From Emiliania huxleyi CCMP1516 (Eukaryota), in the NCBI RefSeq assembly GCF_000372725.1, contig NW_005201792.1:747440-811439 (forward strand): DNA of 64,000 bases. The letters are read 5' to 3'. The translations under genes were made by a program, and so were the position numbers. Positions 1-12,778 of this stretch are shown here, one piece after another. The notes beneath the pieces were generated by a model, which saw nothing but the letters and a program-made list of their open reading frames with translations, was not told the DNA's origin and ran no database searches. How positions within the stretch are numbered: the stretch's first letter is position 1; every line of letters begins with the position of its first letter.

Positions 1-1647
1 AGATGAGCGTCGGCGCCACGCGCGGCACCATCGCAGCCAGCTTGTCTGGCCGCGAAACGAGCGCCGCAGAGAGGACCTTGGCCGCGGCGCGGCGAACCTT
101 CCACGAGACGTCGTCGTCGTCCGAGTAGTTCTCGTCGTCCTCGTCGTCCTCCATCTCCTCCTCCTCCTCGTCGTTGTCGTCCTCCTCCATCTCGTCGTCG
201 TCCGCGTAGTTTGGGTCGAAGCGCAGGTAGTGCAGCGACGCCTTTGCGATCGGCTCCTCATACGCGCCAACCTCGGCCGGGCAGCGAGACACGAACGACT
301 CGAAGGCCTGCAGGCACGACTCGATCATCTCGGGGTCCGAGGCACCCGGGGCGGACGAGCCCGGCTCGCACTGCTGCAGCACGAGCGGCATCACCAGCTC
401 GAGCTGCCGGCCGAGCCGGTAGCCGCCCGAGCGCGAGATGGCGGACAGCGTCTGGATGTAGGTGCGGCCGAGGTCGAGGTCGACGGCAGGCATCTTCATG
501 CGCTCGACGATCGAGCCGACCAGCTGGCTGAGCAGCTTGTCCGACAGCGCCGCCGACAGCGCCGCGATGCACGAGATCGCCCGCTTGCGCGTCGCCGCGC
601 GCGTGGAGGCCAGCTGCGCAAAAAGCGCGTCGTTGCACTGCGCCGAGAGCTCCGGCTTGAGGAGGGAGCCGAAGCGGCGGAGGACGTCGTTCAGGATGTC
701 CATGCTCTCGAGCTTCACCTCGAGCTTGTCCTTGAGCACGCCAGAGACGAGCCGAGGCACCTGCGGTGGCGCGGCGGCGCAGTGGCGCGCTCGGCGGAGG
801 GACGACGGGCGCCCAATCGGTCGGTGGCGGCGGGCGCGACGCGGGCCACCGCTGTGCGTGGGCGCACGGTCTGCCGCCCGCCGTGGCGCCGCGAGCAGTG
901 CCGGAAGGGGCGGGAGCGCACCAACTGCCTCGCGGCGGCGCCGCCCATCGAGGAGGGCATCTCGACGACGACTGTCTTGAGGGCGATGGCGCAGATGTCG
1001 CGCTGCTCCTCCTTGCCCTCGAGCACGAACTTGCAGAGCTCGGTGATGATCGCGTCCACCTGTGCGTCGTGCACCTTGCGCACGAGAGGCGGCAGGCACT
1101 TGACGGCGAGGCCTGCAACGCAAGGACAGAGCCGCCGCCAGGTGAACGTCTTGCGGGGAGGTGAGCGTCTTGCGGGGCGGCGCGGGTGGCGGCGCGATAG
1201 GGCGGTGGCGCGCGCGCGCGAGCGGCCGTCGCGGGGCGACCACGTCGGGTCGCGAGGGAGGCTGGCGGTGCAGCGTGCGGACGGCGAACCCTGAACGTCT
1301 GAGCTCTGGTCGTTCAGGAGCTTGAGGATCGCCTTGCAGATCTTCTTCTCGCCGTCGGTGTCGGGCTTGAAACTCTCCTTCTGCAGCTCAGACAGCAGGT
1401 CCGAGGTGGCCATGTAGCGGTAGTCCTTGTCGCGCTTGGACGTCTCCTCCAGGATTGCATTCACGGTGAAGGACGTCCTGATGGTGGCGTGCACAATAGT
1501 GGCGGTCGGAAGCGTAGGGCAAAACCACGGAGCGGCGCCGCCATGCACGGCGCTCCGACGGCCGGGCCTTCCCCCCCCGGGGGGGGGGGGGGGGGCGGGG
1601 GCAGGGGCGGGGGCCGCGGGCGGCGTGGGTCTTCCGCGGGCGTACAT
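1..1647 (-). CDS. CAND1: Cullin-associated NEDD8-dissociated protein 1 (5' part; continues beyond the left edge; 3 introns inferred)
   Basis: Spliced translation reads TSFTVNAILEETSKRDKDYRYMATSDL...DVQGLAVKCLPPLV...EQRDICAIALKTVV...DPNYADDDEMEED...YSDDDDVSWKVRRAAAK. These are the characteristic CAND1 N-terminal HEAT motifs and acidic loop. Confidence 0.93.
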
Positions 1648-2128
1648 GGCGCGGAGTGGCGGCAAGAGCGCAGAGGGCGAGTTCTGGCGCCAGCAGAGGC
1701 CCCGCCCACCAGGGTACCCATAGGCGTGTGAGAAGTGGGCTTTCGCTTAGTTGCGCTATCGCGAGGGCGGTCCTGCATGATGTAGCCTCTCCGGCGGCGG
1801 CCTCCAGGCAACCCGACGTCCGCGGCCCCCGGCCTGCAGCAGCCCAATCGGGCGTGCCTCTCCGCGTGCGGCGCGGCTTGGAACGAAGGTTGCCCGGCGT
1901 AGGGAGTTTTCAGAACTCTTTTTTAACTCGAAGACAGATGAAGTCCTTCCGCCAAAAACAGCGTACTGACCCGTACTGACCCGTACTCGACAAAGGAACT
2001 AGCCTGTATGTGCAAGCTCATCTAATCAACACGGTAGCCTAGTGCGACAGCTCTCACTCCGAGGTCCCTTCCCCCTGCATGCATGCGTACGCGACAGGCC
2101 AAGGGCCGGCGGCCCCCGCGCCCGGCCG

Positions 2129-5100
2129 TCAGATGTATTGGCTTAGTGAGCTCGGGGTGAAGCTCGGGTGCGGCTCGTCCTCGCGACCCTTCTCTGGGCG
2201 GCGGGGCACTCGCCACAGGGATGGGCTCGTGCCAGGGGGGGCGGGCGCGGCCGTCGCCTCGTCGAGCATTGACGACCTGCGGCCGCTCCGCTCTGACTTG
2301 CCGCCGCTCCGACCGCTCCTCTCCGACCCTCCGAACTTCACGGGTGTGAGAGCACTCGTCCTCGTCAGGTGCACCATTGACCCGCGCCCGACGCGCACCC
2401 TCTGCCCGCGTAGCACAAAGAACGCCGCCGCCGCCGCCACGCAGCACGCCAGCGGCGCGAGCGTGGCGATGACGGCGATGAGCATCGTGCGTGACCCGGC
2501 CGGGGCCCCCCCGCCTCCGGGGTCGGGCGGCGCTCCTTCGGGGGGCGCTCCTTCGGGGGGCGGCACCACGAGCGGCGCGCCCAGCTCAACGAGGCCGACA
2601 TGAATCACCTCCTCCCCGAGCGCGTCCGAGGCGGCCTGCTCGCTCGAGAGCACCTCGGCGGAGAGGGTCTGCACGAGGGCCTCGGCCGCTGGCCGGTTTG
2701 GCGCGACGATCTGCACAGAGACGAGCACAGAGCCGCACGCGACGGAGAGGAAGACGCGGGCTGGCTCCACGTCCAAGAGGTAGGCGAGGCGCCGCTGCAA
2801 CGCGGTCTCGTTGAAGCTGGCGCAGTCCGCCGCGAAGGTGACGTTGAAGGTGACAACGTCGTCAAAGACGGTCGTGCCCGGAGGGTAGGGAGGGGGCGAC
2901 GGCGACGGCGAGGGTGGCGGCGGCGGCGAGAATGGCGGTGGCGGCTTCGAGGGCGGCGGCGGCGGGGAGAATGGCGGCGGCGGCGAGGGTGAGAGCGAGG
3001 AGCAGCCTGGGTGGGTATACGTCCCGACTCGTTCGCCGCCGCCGCTGAGCGTTTGGCCGCTCTCCGCATCCTCACCGACATGGCTGTTTGTGTGCGCGCG
3101 CCAGTTGTACCGGACGAGGCCACAGAGGCTGGAGGCCGTCACAATGCTGCCCCCGGGGTGCACCCAGCCGCCCAGGTCCCAGATGGCCACGCTTTTGCAC
3201 TGCTCACCCTTGGCACCATGGTACAGCACGACGCAGCACGTGCCGTCGGCGCACTCGGCGGGGTCCGTGATGGAGCCAGGGGCGAGCGGCGGCGAAGGCG
3301 GCAGCAATGGCGACGGCGGCGGCGACGGCGGTGGCGACGGCGGCGACCGCGGCGGCGACGACGGCGGCTGGGACGGCGGTGGCGACGGGAACGGCGATGG
3401 CGGTGACGATGGCGGCCGCGAGGGCGGCGGCCTCGCTGGTGGTGCGGATGGCGGCGGTGGCGACGGCGACGGGGGTGCGCTCGGCGGGGGCGCCGACGGT
3501 CGTGGTGGTGGCGCCTGGGGCTCTCCTTCAGGAATCTCAGGAGGGTAAAGCGGGGGGGGCGGCAACGGCGGGAGCGACGGTGGCGGCGTCCGAGGCGGCA
3601 GCGACGGCTGCGGCGACGGCGGCGGGGGCGCAGGCGGTGGCGGGCTCGGTGGAAGGGGCGACGACGGGGGCGGCGGCGATGGCGGCGGGTGCGGAGCGTA
3701 GCAGAAGGTTGCGGAGAAGCTGTCGATCATGCCAAAGGCGGAGTCGCTGACATCGTCGTCGCTGTCCGTGTTGACCGAGAGAGACACCGTCGGGTGGAGA
3801 TCCGTGCCGAGTCCCGCATCGATGAAGGCACTCAGGTCGCCGTCCGCGCGCCACGTGCCTGTGAAGGGCGCGCCGTCCGCCGTCTCGGGCATCAGTGCTG
3901 TCGCGCCCGCCTCCCAGCACGCGTCCGTCAGCGTCGTGGCGCTGCCACCGCGCCGCGGCGACCTCACGAGCCATTGGCCGTCCACGCTGGCGTCAGCTAG
4001 GCCCTCCGCCTTCACCTTGAGGCGCAGCTTGCCGATGCCGGCGCTAAAGGTGATCGAGGCGCAGTACCTGATCGAGACGACGCGGAACTGCGCCGCGTCG
4101 TAGCCCGTGTAGGCCTGGATGTCGGACCGTGACCAGTCGCCTTTGCCGGAGAGATTTGCTTGGTTGTGGTCGGTGCCCCACTGGTCACGCACAGGAGGCG
4201 CCACGATCGTCACGCACGGCGGCGGGGGAGGCGACAGCGGCGGCGCGGGCAACGACGGTGGAGACGAGGGGGCCTGGTGGTAGATGACGCACGAGCCGCC
4301 GTTTGCGGTGGAGAATTGGAAGCACTGGCAGCCAGGGTTGCGCCGGGTGCCGTCGTTGTGGTTGCCGACGCAAAGAAAGCTGCAGTCGCTCTCGCGCGCG
4401 TCGCGGTCAGACCACCACGTGTTCATCCCCTCCCACGACTTCATGATGGGCCCACGGCAGTGGGATGGCGGAGGTGGCATGTTTGGCTGTGGCGGCGACT
4501 TGGGCGGCGGCGGCATCGTCGGCGGTGACAACGGGGGTGCGGGCGGCGCTGGTGGGGGCGACGGGCTTGGCGGCGGCACCGGCGGGCTTGGCGGCGCGGC
4601 TTCGAAGAGCTGCTCCGCGGTGATGATGTGGTTGGCGACCGGGTCGAAGCGGTGGAGGTTGGGCAGGATGGTCTTCATGGTGTCGGCGTCGCTAACCCCG
4701 AACCATTGTGCGAGGGCATGCCAGATGCCCTCCCATGGCATGGTGGGGATCAGCCGGCCTGTACAGCGGTGAAGGCAGAGTCACTCCGGGCCCCAAGTGG
4801 AGACAAGGTAGTCAAATCTGCATCTAGGCGGGCTGGCCTCGCCCGATGTTGAGCGGGTTTGCGTCGGTCTCGCGGAGGTCGCGTGGGTACTCGCCGAAGA
4901 CCTAGGGAAGGTTCCGGGAGGGTTTCGCGAAGGTTCCACTCCCAAACTCCCGCGGGGCACGCGCAGAAGCCTGGCCGCTCTTGAGGGCTCCGCCCAGAGC
5001 CATCTGGTGGCCCGCCCATGCATGGTCCGTTCCTCGGCCGTTCCATGTGAGCGTGCGGCCGAAATCGGAGAGAGTCACAACTGTGACCTGCTCCCATGTG

Positions 5101-8100
5101 CCGGTGCGCTTCATCTCGGCCACAAAGGCGCCGACGCAGGCGTTGAACTCCTCCATCTTCTCGTCGAGGATACCACCGGCGTCGGAGTGCGTGTCAAAGC
5201 CGCTGTGCTGCACGTAGAAGACGTCACGCTCCGCCTCTAGCGGGTTGCTCCGCAGGCCGATGAGCTTGGCGACCTAAGGGAAGGGAAAGTGAAGGGAAGG
5301 TGGACGTATCTGGAAATCGATCTGCAAGGGCATCTACAGGTGACCTGCTCGAACTGCTGGCAGAGCTGCGAGTTGGGGTCGTACGCCGCGTTGGCCGCGG
5401 CGTACTCGTCTGACACTTGCGCGCTTTCGAGGGTGGCGCCGAGGCCCTCGCTCTGCTCAAAGGCCTCGCCGAGGCTGCTGCCGTACGTCTCTGCAAACAC
5501 GGAGCGAGCGCGCGTCGCCGACAAGTTTGCGAGCGTCTCGCCCAGGGTGGAGTAGTAGGTGAACTGGTCGATGCCAGATTTGCGGTTAATGATCCTCGCG
5601 GGCTCCCCGTCGCCCTGCAGAATCTTCTGGTTGCCGTCGATCGAGTAGGACCCGACTCGGTATGGCGGGTCCTGCGACGCGAGCGCGTGCGCCAGCCGCC
5701 CCATCACGCCCTTGGCGGTGAGGGAGTCGGCGTGGAGGTTCGCCGCCGCGATCTGCTGCGCGTTGTGCGCAAACAGGCTCAGCGGCAGCGGCTTCGTCTT
5801 TGCCTTGAACTCGGCCTTGGTGATCGGCTCCGCGAGCGCTCCGACGTTGGCGAAGAGGGCCGCGGCGCCCTCACCGAAGAGAGTCTGGACCTCGGTGAGC
5901 CGCGGGTGGAGGCCAAAGGTCGAGCAGGCCTGGCCCGGGGCTTGGAGCGTGTCTGTGATTGGCAGGAGGTCGTCGCGCGGGATGGCGAGGCCCTCGCCGC
6001 GCACGGCGGCGTACTCCGCGTACAGGTCGAGCGAGGCACCGTCCGCGTCCTTGCAGCCCGAGTGCGGCACGAGGATGTTGTACGAGTCGGCACCTGCCCG
6101 GGCACGGCACTGGACGCGTCACAGAGGTGGTGGTATGGGCAGGGCGTGCGAGGCGGCACCTCCGTGGAGGAAGAGCGCGACGATGGCCTTGTATGGCCGG
6201 CCCGCGGGCTCGGCCCTCTGCGGCTGCGGCCGGTACTCGTCGCTCATCGCGGCGGCGTTTGTGGTGTGGAACTCTGCCGCCGAGAGGACGAGGAGCTGGG
6301 CGATGCGGAACGCCTCCGAGAAGTTCTTGGTGAGGAGCTCCTCCTCGAAGCGCGACACGACGAGGCCCCTCGTCCTCTCCTGCAGCCGGCCGCCCGTCAG
6401 GTACAGGTCGAGCGCGGCGACCGCGCCGGCCGGCGACTGGTCCACTGGAGCAAAGGCGAGCCTCCCGTCGGCGTCGGCGCGCCGGCGGGCGAGGTTCTGC
6501 CACAGGCCCCCGCAGCCGGTGTTGCCCCACCCAAAGCCCTTCCAGCAGCTCGTGAGGCCGTCCATCACAAGTGAGACCATCCCGTTCAGAAAGGAGATGA
6601 GGTTGGGCGTGGTGCAGATCTGCGCCTCGGGCGCGACGAGGCCAGCCTCCATGACGGGCCCGGGAGGGGTGTACTCGGGCAGGTAGAAGTTGAAGACAGA
6701 CGGCGACTCAAAGACGAACTGCCCGATCCGGCTCTGCATGCTCGAGAGCTCGACGTGGCGGTCGTCGACCGACGTGTACTCCATCGCGCGGAGGACGTGC
6801 ATCACCTTGAGCACGGGCTCTCGCATCAGCCCGTGGGTCGGGTCGAGCTCGAGCGTGGGCGACCTCGCCTCCTGGTCAAGGAGGATGGCCGCGACCATCG
6901 CGCCGAGGTCGCCGTACTTGCCCGAGAAGATGAGGCCGCCCGTGTGCGCGCCGCTCGCAAAGGCGTCGGCTGCTGCCTTGACGTACCGCGGCGAGGGGTT
7001 CGAGGTCACCAGCCGCTGGATGAGCCGGTGGGCGAGGAAGGGAGCCGTGTTTGGGTGCGTGACGAGGTGGTCGAGGACGGCCTCGGTCTCGTGCTCCGCG
7101 TCGCGGGCGGCGCGCAGCGTCGGGATGAACGAGACGAAATGCGGCGTGTTCCGGAAGCTGAAGTCGCCATCGCCGCCGACCCGGACAGTCGACACCCGGT
7201 TGAGGAGGTGCACGAAGCCGTCGATGCTCGAGTTACTCGCGACCTTGAAGATCGTGTCGAGCGCCGGACGCGTCTCTCCGGGCCTGAGATAGACCTCTGC
7301 TTCCACCGCGTCGCACCAGGCGAGGCTGCACAGCTGGTACGTGCCCGGGTCGAAGGCGTCTGGCGCGGCGCTCCCAATCGGCAACATCTGCCGGAGGGCC
7401 GCCGCGCTCGCTGGCATCGCGCCGCCGTCCGTGAAGACCGGCACCTCCTGCACTTGCACTTCGCAGACGCAGCTGTCGCCATGGACGTCGCAGGACGCGC
7501 AGCCTGTGTCCGGCGTCGGGTGGCTGCCACCGCTCCAGCGCACGCGGAAGAGGTTCCGATTGTCCCGCTGGAAATGTAGGTCCGTCGTATCCGAGTGGAC
7601 GATGCTCACCCAGCCCGTCGGGTGCACTTGAACCTGCAGCCGGTCGCAGGCCGCGTTGGTCCACGTGTAGCCGCACTCGAGTTTTACGACGATCGGATTC
7701 GAGTACCAGTCGCAGAGCGCCTGGTGCGAGCCGGGCTCCGCGAGCGAGGCGCACTGGCGCCTCGCCTCGTCAAAGGTCACCGTCTCGCCAATGTAGCTGC
7801 ACTGTGGCGTGGCGGTGGTACCGTCGCCGGAGCAGCACGCGGTGCCGCCTCCGAGGGTCGTTGGGTCGGCACAGCGGACGGTGTCCTGGTTCCCGCGATT
7901 CTCCCGCACTCGCTGCGGCGCATTGTAAAAAGCGAACTCGACGCACGGCGGGCGGATGAACTCGAAGTAGAGGCTCCCCCCGCTTGCGCGCGGCACCTCG
8001 ACGACATCGACGCTCTGGAGGCGGCACTCGTCGCCGTGGCACGGCAGGCTACTAGTCAGGACGACGTCGCCGCTCTGGGCCGCGTCGAGGAAATCGCGGA

Positions 8101-10921
8101 GCGGCGAGCCCAGCGCGGGCGTGAAGGGGCCAGACGCCTTTGCCGTCCAGACTGGCGTGTCCGAGTGGCCGAGCAGCCGGTAGGTAGCGCCCAGCCGGAG
8201 GAAGGAGCGCGGCGGCAGGTCGGCGCAGAGCGGGTGGCCATCGCCGATGTAGCCGCCGAAGAGGTCCATTTTGGGGAAGGCGTCGCGCCAGTCGGGCTGC
8301 AGCTTGCACGGATCGATCATATTCTTGTCGCCGTCGCCCGCGTAGTTCTCGATGTTGCCCCGCGGCGCCTGCTGTGCAAAGCCGGTCCAGGCGCGCGAGA
8401 AGTCCATAATATCGTCGTTGCTGTAGGTTGTCACGGCGGCGCCGCCCTCGTCGAGTGCGAGCGTGCCGTCGCGGTTGAGCTGGTGCAGGCCGACTGTGAA
8501 GAGCTGCATGATTTCGCGCGCGTAATTCTCGTCGGGGTAGGTACCGCCGGCGACGAGGCCCTTGTTCTCGAGGAAGGTGAGGTACCTATGGACAACGCGT
8601 AGGCAGACGCATCACTCGCGGCTTCGCGGCACAAACAGCGTCAGAGCACCGTCTCACTTGGCCATCACCGGGCTGTACGACACCTCGCGGAGCAGCTCTT
8701 TGTAGCTTCCGAACGCGTGTCGCACCAGAATGTCGTAGTAGGTCAGGTACAGCTCCGTCTTGCGGTGGGTGTCCACGCCCTCGTGGCTCATCACCAAGGT
8801 CTGAGAGAGCGACCACGCTACCCGCTGCCGCAGCTGGTCGCTCGACCTATCACGGGACAGTCCCTCCGAATCTCTCGGGGCGCGGGTCGGCCCGCCCTCC
8901 TCGTCGCAGACTGCCTGGTGACCACAGTGATCCAGACGTTCCCTTTGGCGGCCCCCGTCCACGAGGGGTCGTACAGCTCCGAGAAGCCATTCTCGTACTC
9001 GGTCATGTAGAGCCCAAAGTGGTTCGCCTTGGATGGGTCATTGTTTGTCTCGCCCGGTGAGCCGCACGCCTCCGCCGCGCCGAGCCCGCGCTCGTCCGAA
9101 AGGGCGCCCGCCAGGTTCGCCATCTCAACCGTCTGGACGCTCGTGGGTAGCGACGCGAAGCCGACAGCGTCTCCAAGCCGGCCGAGCCGTCCCATGTACT
9201 GCTCGTTTTTGTTCCACTGCGTCATGAGATGGTGGTGAGGGTAGCGGATCGTGAAGTCGCCGCCCTCAGCGGGGCTGACGATAGGGTTGGGCCGTCCTCC
9301 CTTTGCAGCCTCTTTGTTGCCCTCATGGTTGCTCGCCTGTGGACACGCCGTGGACATGTCACCGACATACGGGATGCAGGAGGGAGGCACAAGTGCCTCG
9401 CGCCCAGTACGAAAAGTCGCGCACGTCCAAGTGGTCCGGGTGCACGTGCGTCCAGCAGTCATTGTCGACGGTGAGCGAGGCGCCGACGGTGTCTTCCGGG
9501 AGGCACACGCGGCTGCTGTCGATGGTCACATCGCGGACATACGGGTTGGTCGTGTCGCTGCTGCCCGCGATGGCGTCGACGATCGTGTCCCGCGTCGCCG
9601 GGTCGAGCGGCGAGTCAGCGTCGCACGGCCCGTCAGCAAATTCCCACCGCGTGGTTGCGGCGGAGCAGGGCGACTCGTCGTACGGCGTCTCGAGGCGAAG
9701 CCCCTCGACGACGTAGACGTACTTGCTGCTGAGCGTGTAGAAGGCGCGCAGCGTCGCCGCATCGAGCTGGAGCAGCTGACTACCGAACACGAGCGGGGCG
9801 CACGTCTCTTGCAGCTTGCACTTTCCGCGCGTCAAAAAGGTCTTTGCGACGTTGGGGCAGCCCGACTTGTAGGTTAGCTCCGACTCTGCGCCCGCAGCGG
9901 GGCTATCGAGCGTATTCTGCTCGAGGTGGAGGCGGCCATCAAACCGCCAGAACTCGCCCCCCTCAGTTCGGAGGATAGATTCCGTGCAAGGCGGCAGCGT
10001 CGGCTCGCCGACGAGAGCATCGAGGACAGCTGCGTCGGCGACGCCCGCGATGGGAGTGAGGGTAGCAGACGATGCGGGGAGCAGAAAGAGGGCGTCGATT
10101 GCCGCTTGCGAGCGAAAGACAATGGTGGGGTTGGTTAGGGAGGTCAGGTCAGTGCAAGCGTCGTTAGGCGCCCCAACGAGGAGCATGCCATCGACTGACT
10201 CGCTGACTGCGCACAGCGTGTACTCGCCTGCCGCGAGCGATGGCGAGTCGAGCTCAACGCGGATCTCGCTGTTGACTCGCCACGAGTAGACGCCATTCTC
10301 TTCCGAGACCGAGAGCGCCTTGCCCACGTCCTCCTTGCTGAAGGCGTACCGGTGCCAGCGCGAGGAGGCGTCGCATGCACGCCGCACGCCGCCCGTGGCC
10401 AGCGGCGAGTGGAGCCGAGGATTCGCTTTCGACCGAAAGTAGGAGCGTAACAGCGTCGCTGGTAGCGCCATCTGCGCGTGCACCCAGCCCTCCACAGCGG
10501 CGGCCGCGTCGGTGCTGAGGTCGGCAGCGAGAGAAGCCACCGATGTGCGGTCGGGTCCAAAGGCGGCTTGCATGAGGAGTCGAGCCGCTGTCTCCTCGGC
10601 AGAGGGTGCTCCGTCCGCGGTGAAGCGTTCCAGTTCATAGTAGCCTCCGTCAGAGTGGCTTGGGATCTGCACAGCGCAGTCACCGGACTCGCAAGTCACC
10701 GTTAGGAGCAGCGGAACCGCTGACTCCCAATCGTGACCGTCGTAGGACCGTGCTGCTGGCTGCCTCGCTGCGTCGCTTGACACCCGCGTAACGACGAATA
10801 GATTGCCGGGCGTGGTGGCGGGAAGCGCGTGAGCGCCTGGTTGGAGAGTTGACACGCTTTGCGCTGCGCTTCGCTCGAGGAGGAGGAGGAGGAGGAGATA
10901 CGCCAACCGGCTGCTTGCCAT
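2129..10921 (-). CDS. Giant multi-exon protein: signal peptide, DUF1800-like region, DUF1501-like region, proline-rich stalks with small extracellular modules, and a C-terminal transmembrane helix
   Basis: ORFs 9359-11431, 8818-9462, 8654-8962, 6119-8509, 5237-6070, 4902-5213 and 2129-4741 join across short introns. N-terminus MASSRLAYLLLLLLLERSAAQ. DUF1800-type motifs: DQLRQRVAWSLSQ, PDENYAREIMQLFTVG, HPNTAPF..RLIQRLVTSNPSP, REPVLK, SPSVFNFY. DUF1501-type motifs: LFLHGGADSYN, FGLHP, LFAHN, GFDTH, SDFGRTL..NG.GTDHAW. TM helix MLIAVIATLAPLACCVAAAAAFFVL. Confidence 0.82.
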
Positions 10922-11104
10922 CAGCCGCAGCGCGTTGTCGCGAGCCTGCGCGAGACGCGCGGCGGCCAGCGTGACTGCTCGAATTCTGCTCCACTTTCGG
11001 AGCAGTTTCACAGCTGCTCCTCTGGGAACAGAACGGGAGGAGCAGCGTAGAGTCGCGGGGCGAAAGTGTTTTCCCGATTTTTCTCTTTTCCTTCTGTAAA
11101 ACAA

Positions 11105-11520
11105 ATCGGCCCGCGAGTGCTCCGCGGCAGCCTCCCTGGGCCAGAACATCGGCCCGCCCGCGAGGTGGATGCTAGCATGAGCCCGATGAGTCGCAGTGCT
11201 CTTGCGTTTCGGCGGTAGTGATCTAATCACCCGAATGCCACGTTCTGATCGCTTCTCATCCGCACACCTGACTTCTTGCTCGACCGAGTTTGCGTTGAGG
11301 AGCGAACCGAGCCGCCGGTCAGCCGCCGGTGTGTCCCGCAGCGGCCTCGCTGGGCCAGAAGATCGGCCCGCGAGTGCGCCGCAGCATCCTCGCTGGGCCA
11401 GAAGATCGGCCCGCGAGGTGGATGCCAGCATGAGCCGATGCGTCGCAGTCAGTGCTCTTGCGTTTCGTTCGGCGGTAGTGATCTAATCACCTGAATGCCA
11501 CGTTCGGATCGCTTCTCATC
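11105..11520. repeat. Imperfect direct duplication of about 160 bp (about 11105-11260 and 11361-11520)
   Basis: Both copies run ATCGGCCCGCGAGTGC...GAGGTGGATGC...AGTGCTCTTGCGTTTCG...GCGGTAGTGATCTAATCACC.GAATGCCACGTTC.GATCGCTTCTCATC. Confidence 0.85.
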
Positions 11521-12214
11521 GCAAACCCCGTCAGCAGTCCTCCTCCGGGAATGTACGTAAGTAAGAGCTACATACACTGAGAGAGAGACTCGCTTCCGAG
11601 CTCTCGCGCCGCGTAGGGCCCTTAGCGCTTAGGGGCCTAGCTAGAGAACACAACCCCCTCTCCCTTCTCTCCCAGTAAGCTAAAAGTACCTGGGTCCCGT
11701 ACCATGCGGAATCGACCCTATCAAGTGCTCAAGTGGCTCACTGAGAAAACCCGGGGCGGTGGTGGGAGGGGACACTACGAGTCAGAGTTGTGGGACGCAC
11801 GAGGCCCTTACACCTCTATCTAGCTAGACGACGCTCTAGACGATCTCTCGACACGACGACATGACAATGGCAACCACGACAGGGGCGAGTGCCGAGGGCG
11901 CGAGGAAGATGATGTGCGTCGATGGCAACACTTTTCGCCGCGTCCTACTCGCGAGGGCAGCCTTCCGAGGCGTGGTCTTCGGAGGCGTGTTGTACCTCGG
12001 CGCCACCACGCTAGACCGCATCAAGCGCCTGGAGGACTCGAATGCTGCCATGGCGCTCAAGCTGGACACGGTCAACAAGGAGGTCGTGCAGCATTGAACT
12101 CCCACAGAAGCTCAAGCCAGATCGTGCCGCGTGTGTGACGTGGATGGTTGCGGGCCATTCGTGGCGTGGACGTCTGCGATGACGGGTGTGTGTGTTTTGT
12201 GTCGGACTATCTAG

Positions 12215-12295
12215 TTCCGAGGTGCCCGTCCACCTCGAGATCGAGGTTCGAGCTTGTTCCGAGGTGCCCGTCCACCTCGAGATCGAGGTTCGAGC
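12215..12295. repeat. Tandem duplication of about 42 bp
   Basis: TTCCGAGGTGCCCGTCCACCTCGAGATCGAGGTTCGAGC occurs twice in tandem. Confidence 0.9.
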
Positions 12296-12778
12296 CGGGC
12301 CATGGCCGCAGACTCTGCGAGCCTGTCATGTGCGGTGTCCCGTGTGGACATTGAGGGAAGGAGGGCGGGCACCGCGGAGTATGACATCAACACCCAACAA
12401 ACTTACCACTACTGAGGTCCGTGGTGGTCCTATCCTCGTGCGGGAAGGCGCATGCATGTCAGGAAGGGGGCAAGGTGGCCCTGTCCACTTCCGCCATGCT
12501 ATCGAGATAGGTGTCGGCGCCGCCAGCGCCACGGAGGTCGGAGGGCACTGGCCGCCACGGGCCCGGCGGGATACCGTGTAGCAGGGTGGGATGCCGCCCC
12601 CCGGAGCACACTCCCTACAGACGCCACCAAACACTCCCTGGCGCGCTCCGCGCATTGCCGATGCCGGGGTTGTGGCGCTTGAGTGCAAGGCTGCCAGGGA
12701 GGGAGGGAGGGTTGCCTCGCAGCCGATCGATCTCCCAGCAGCGCGTCCCGCCGGCGCCCCGGTACCCCCGGTCGATCC

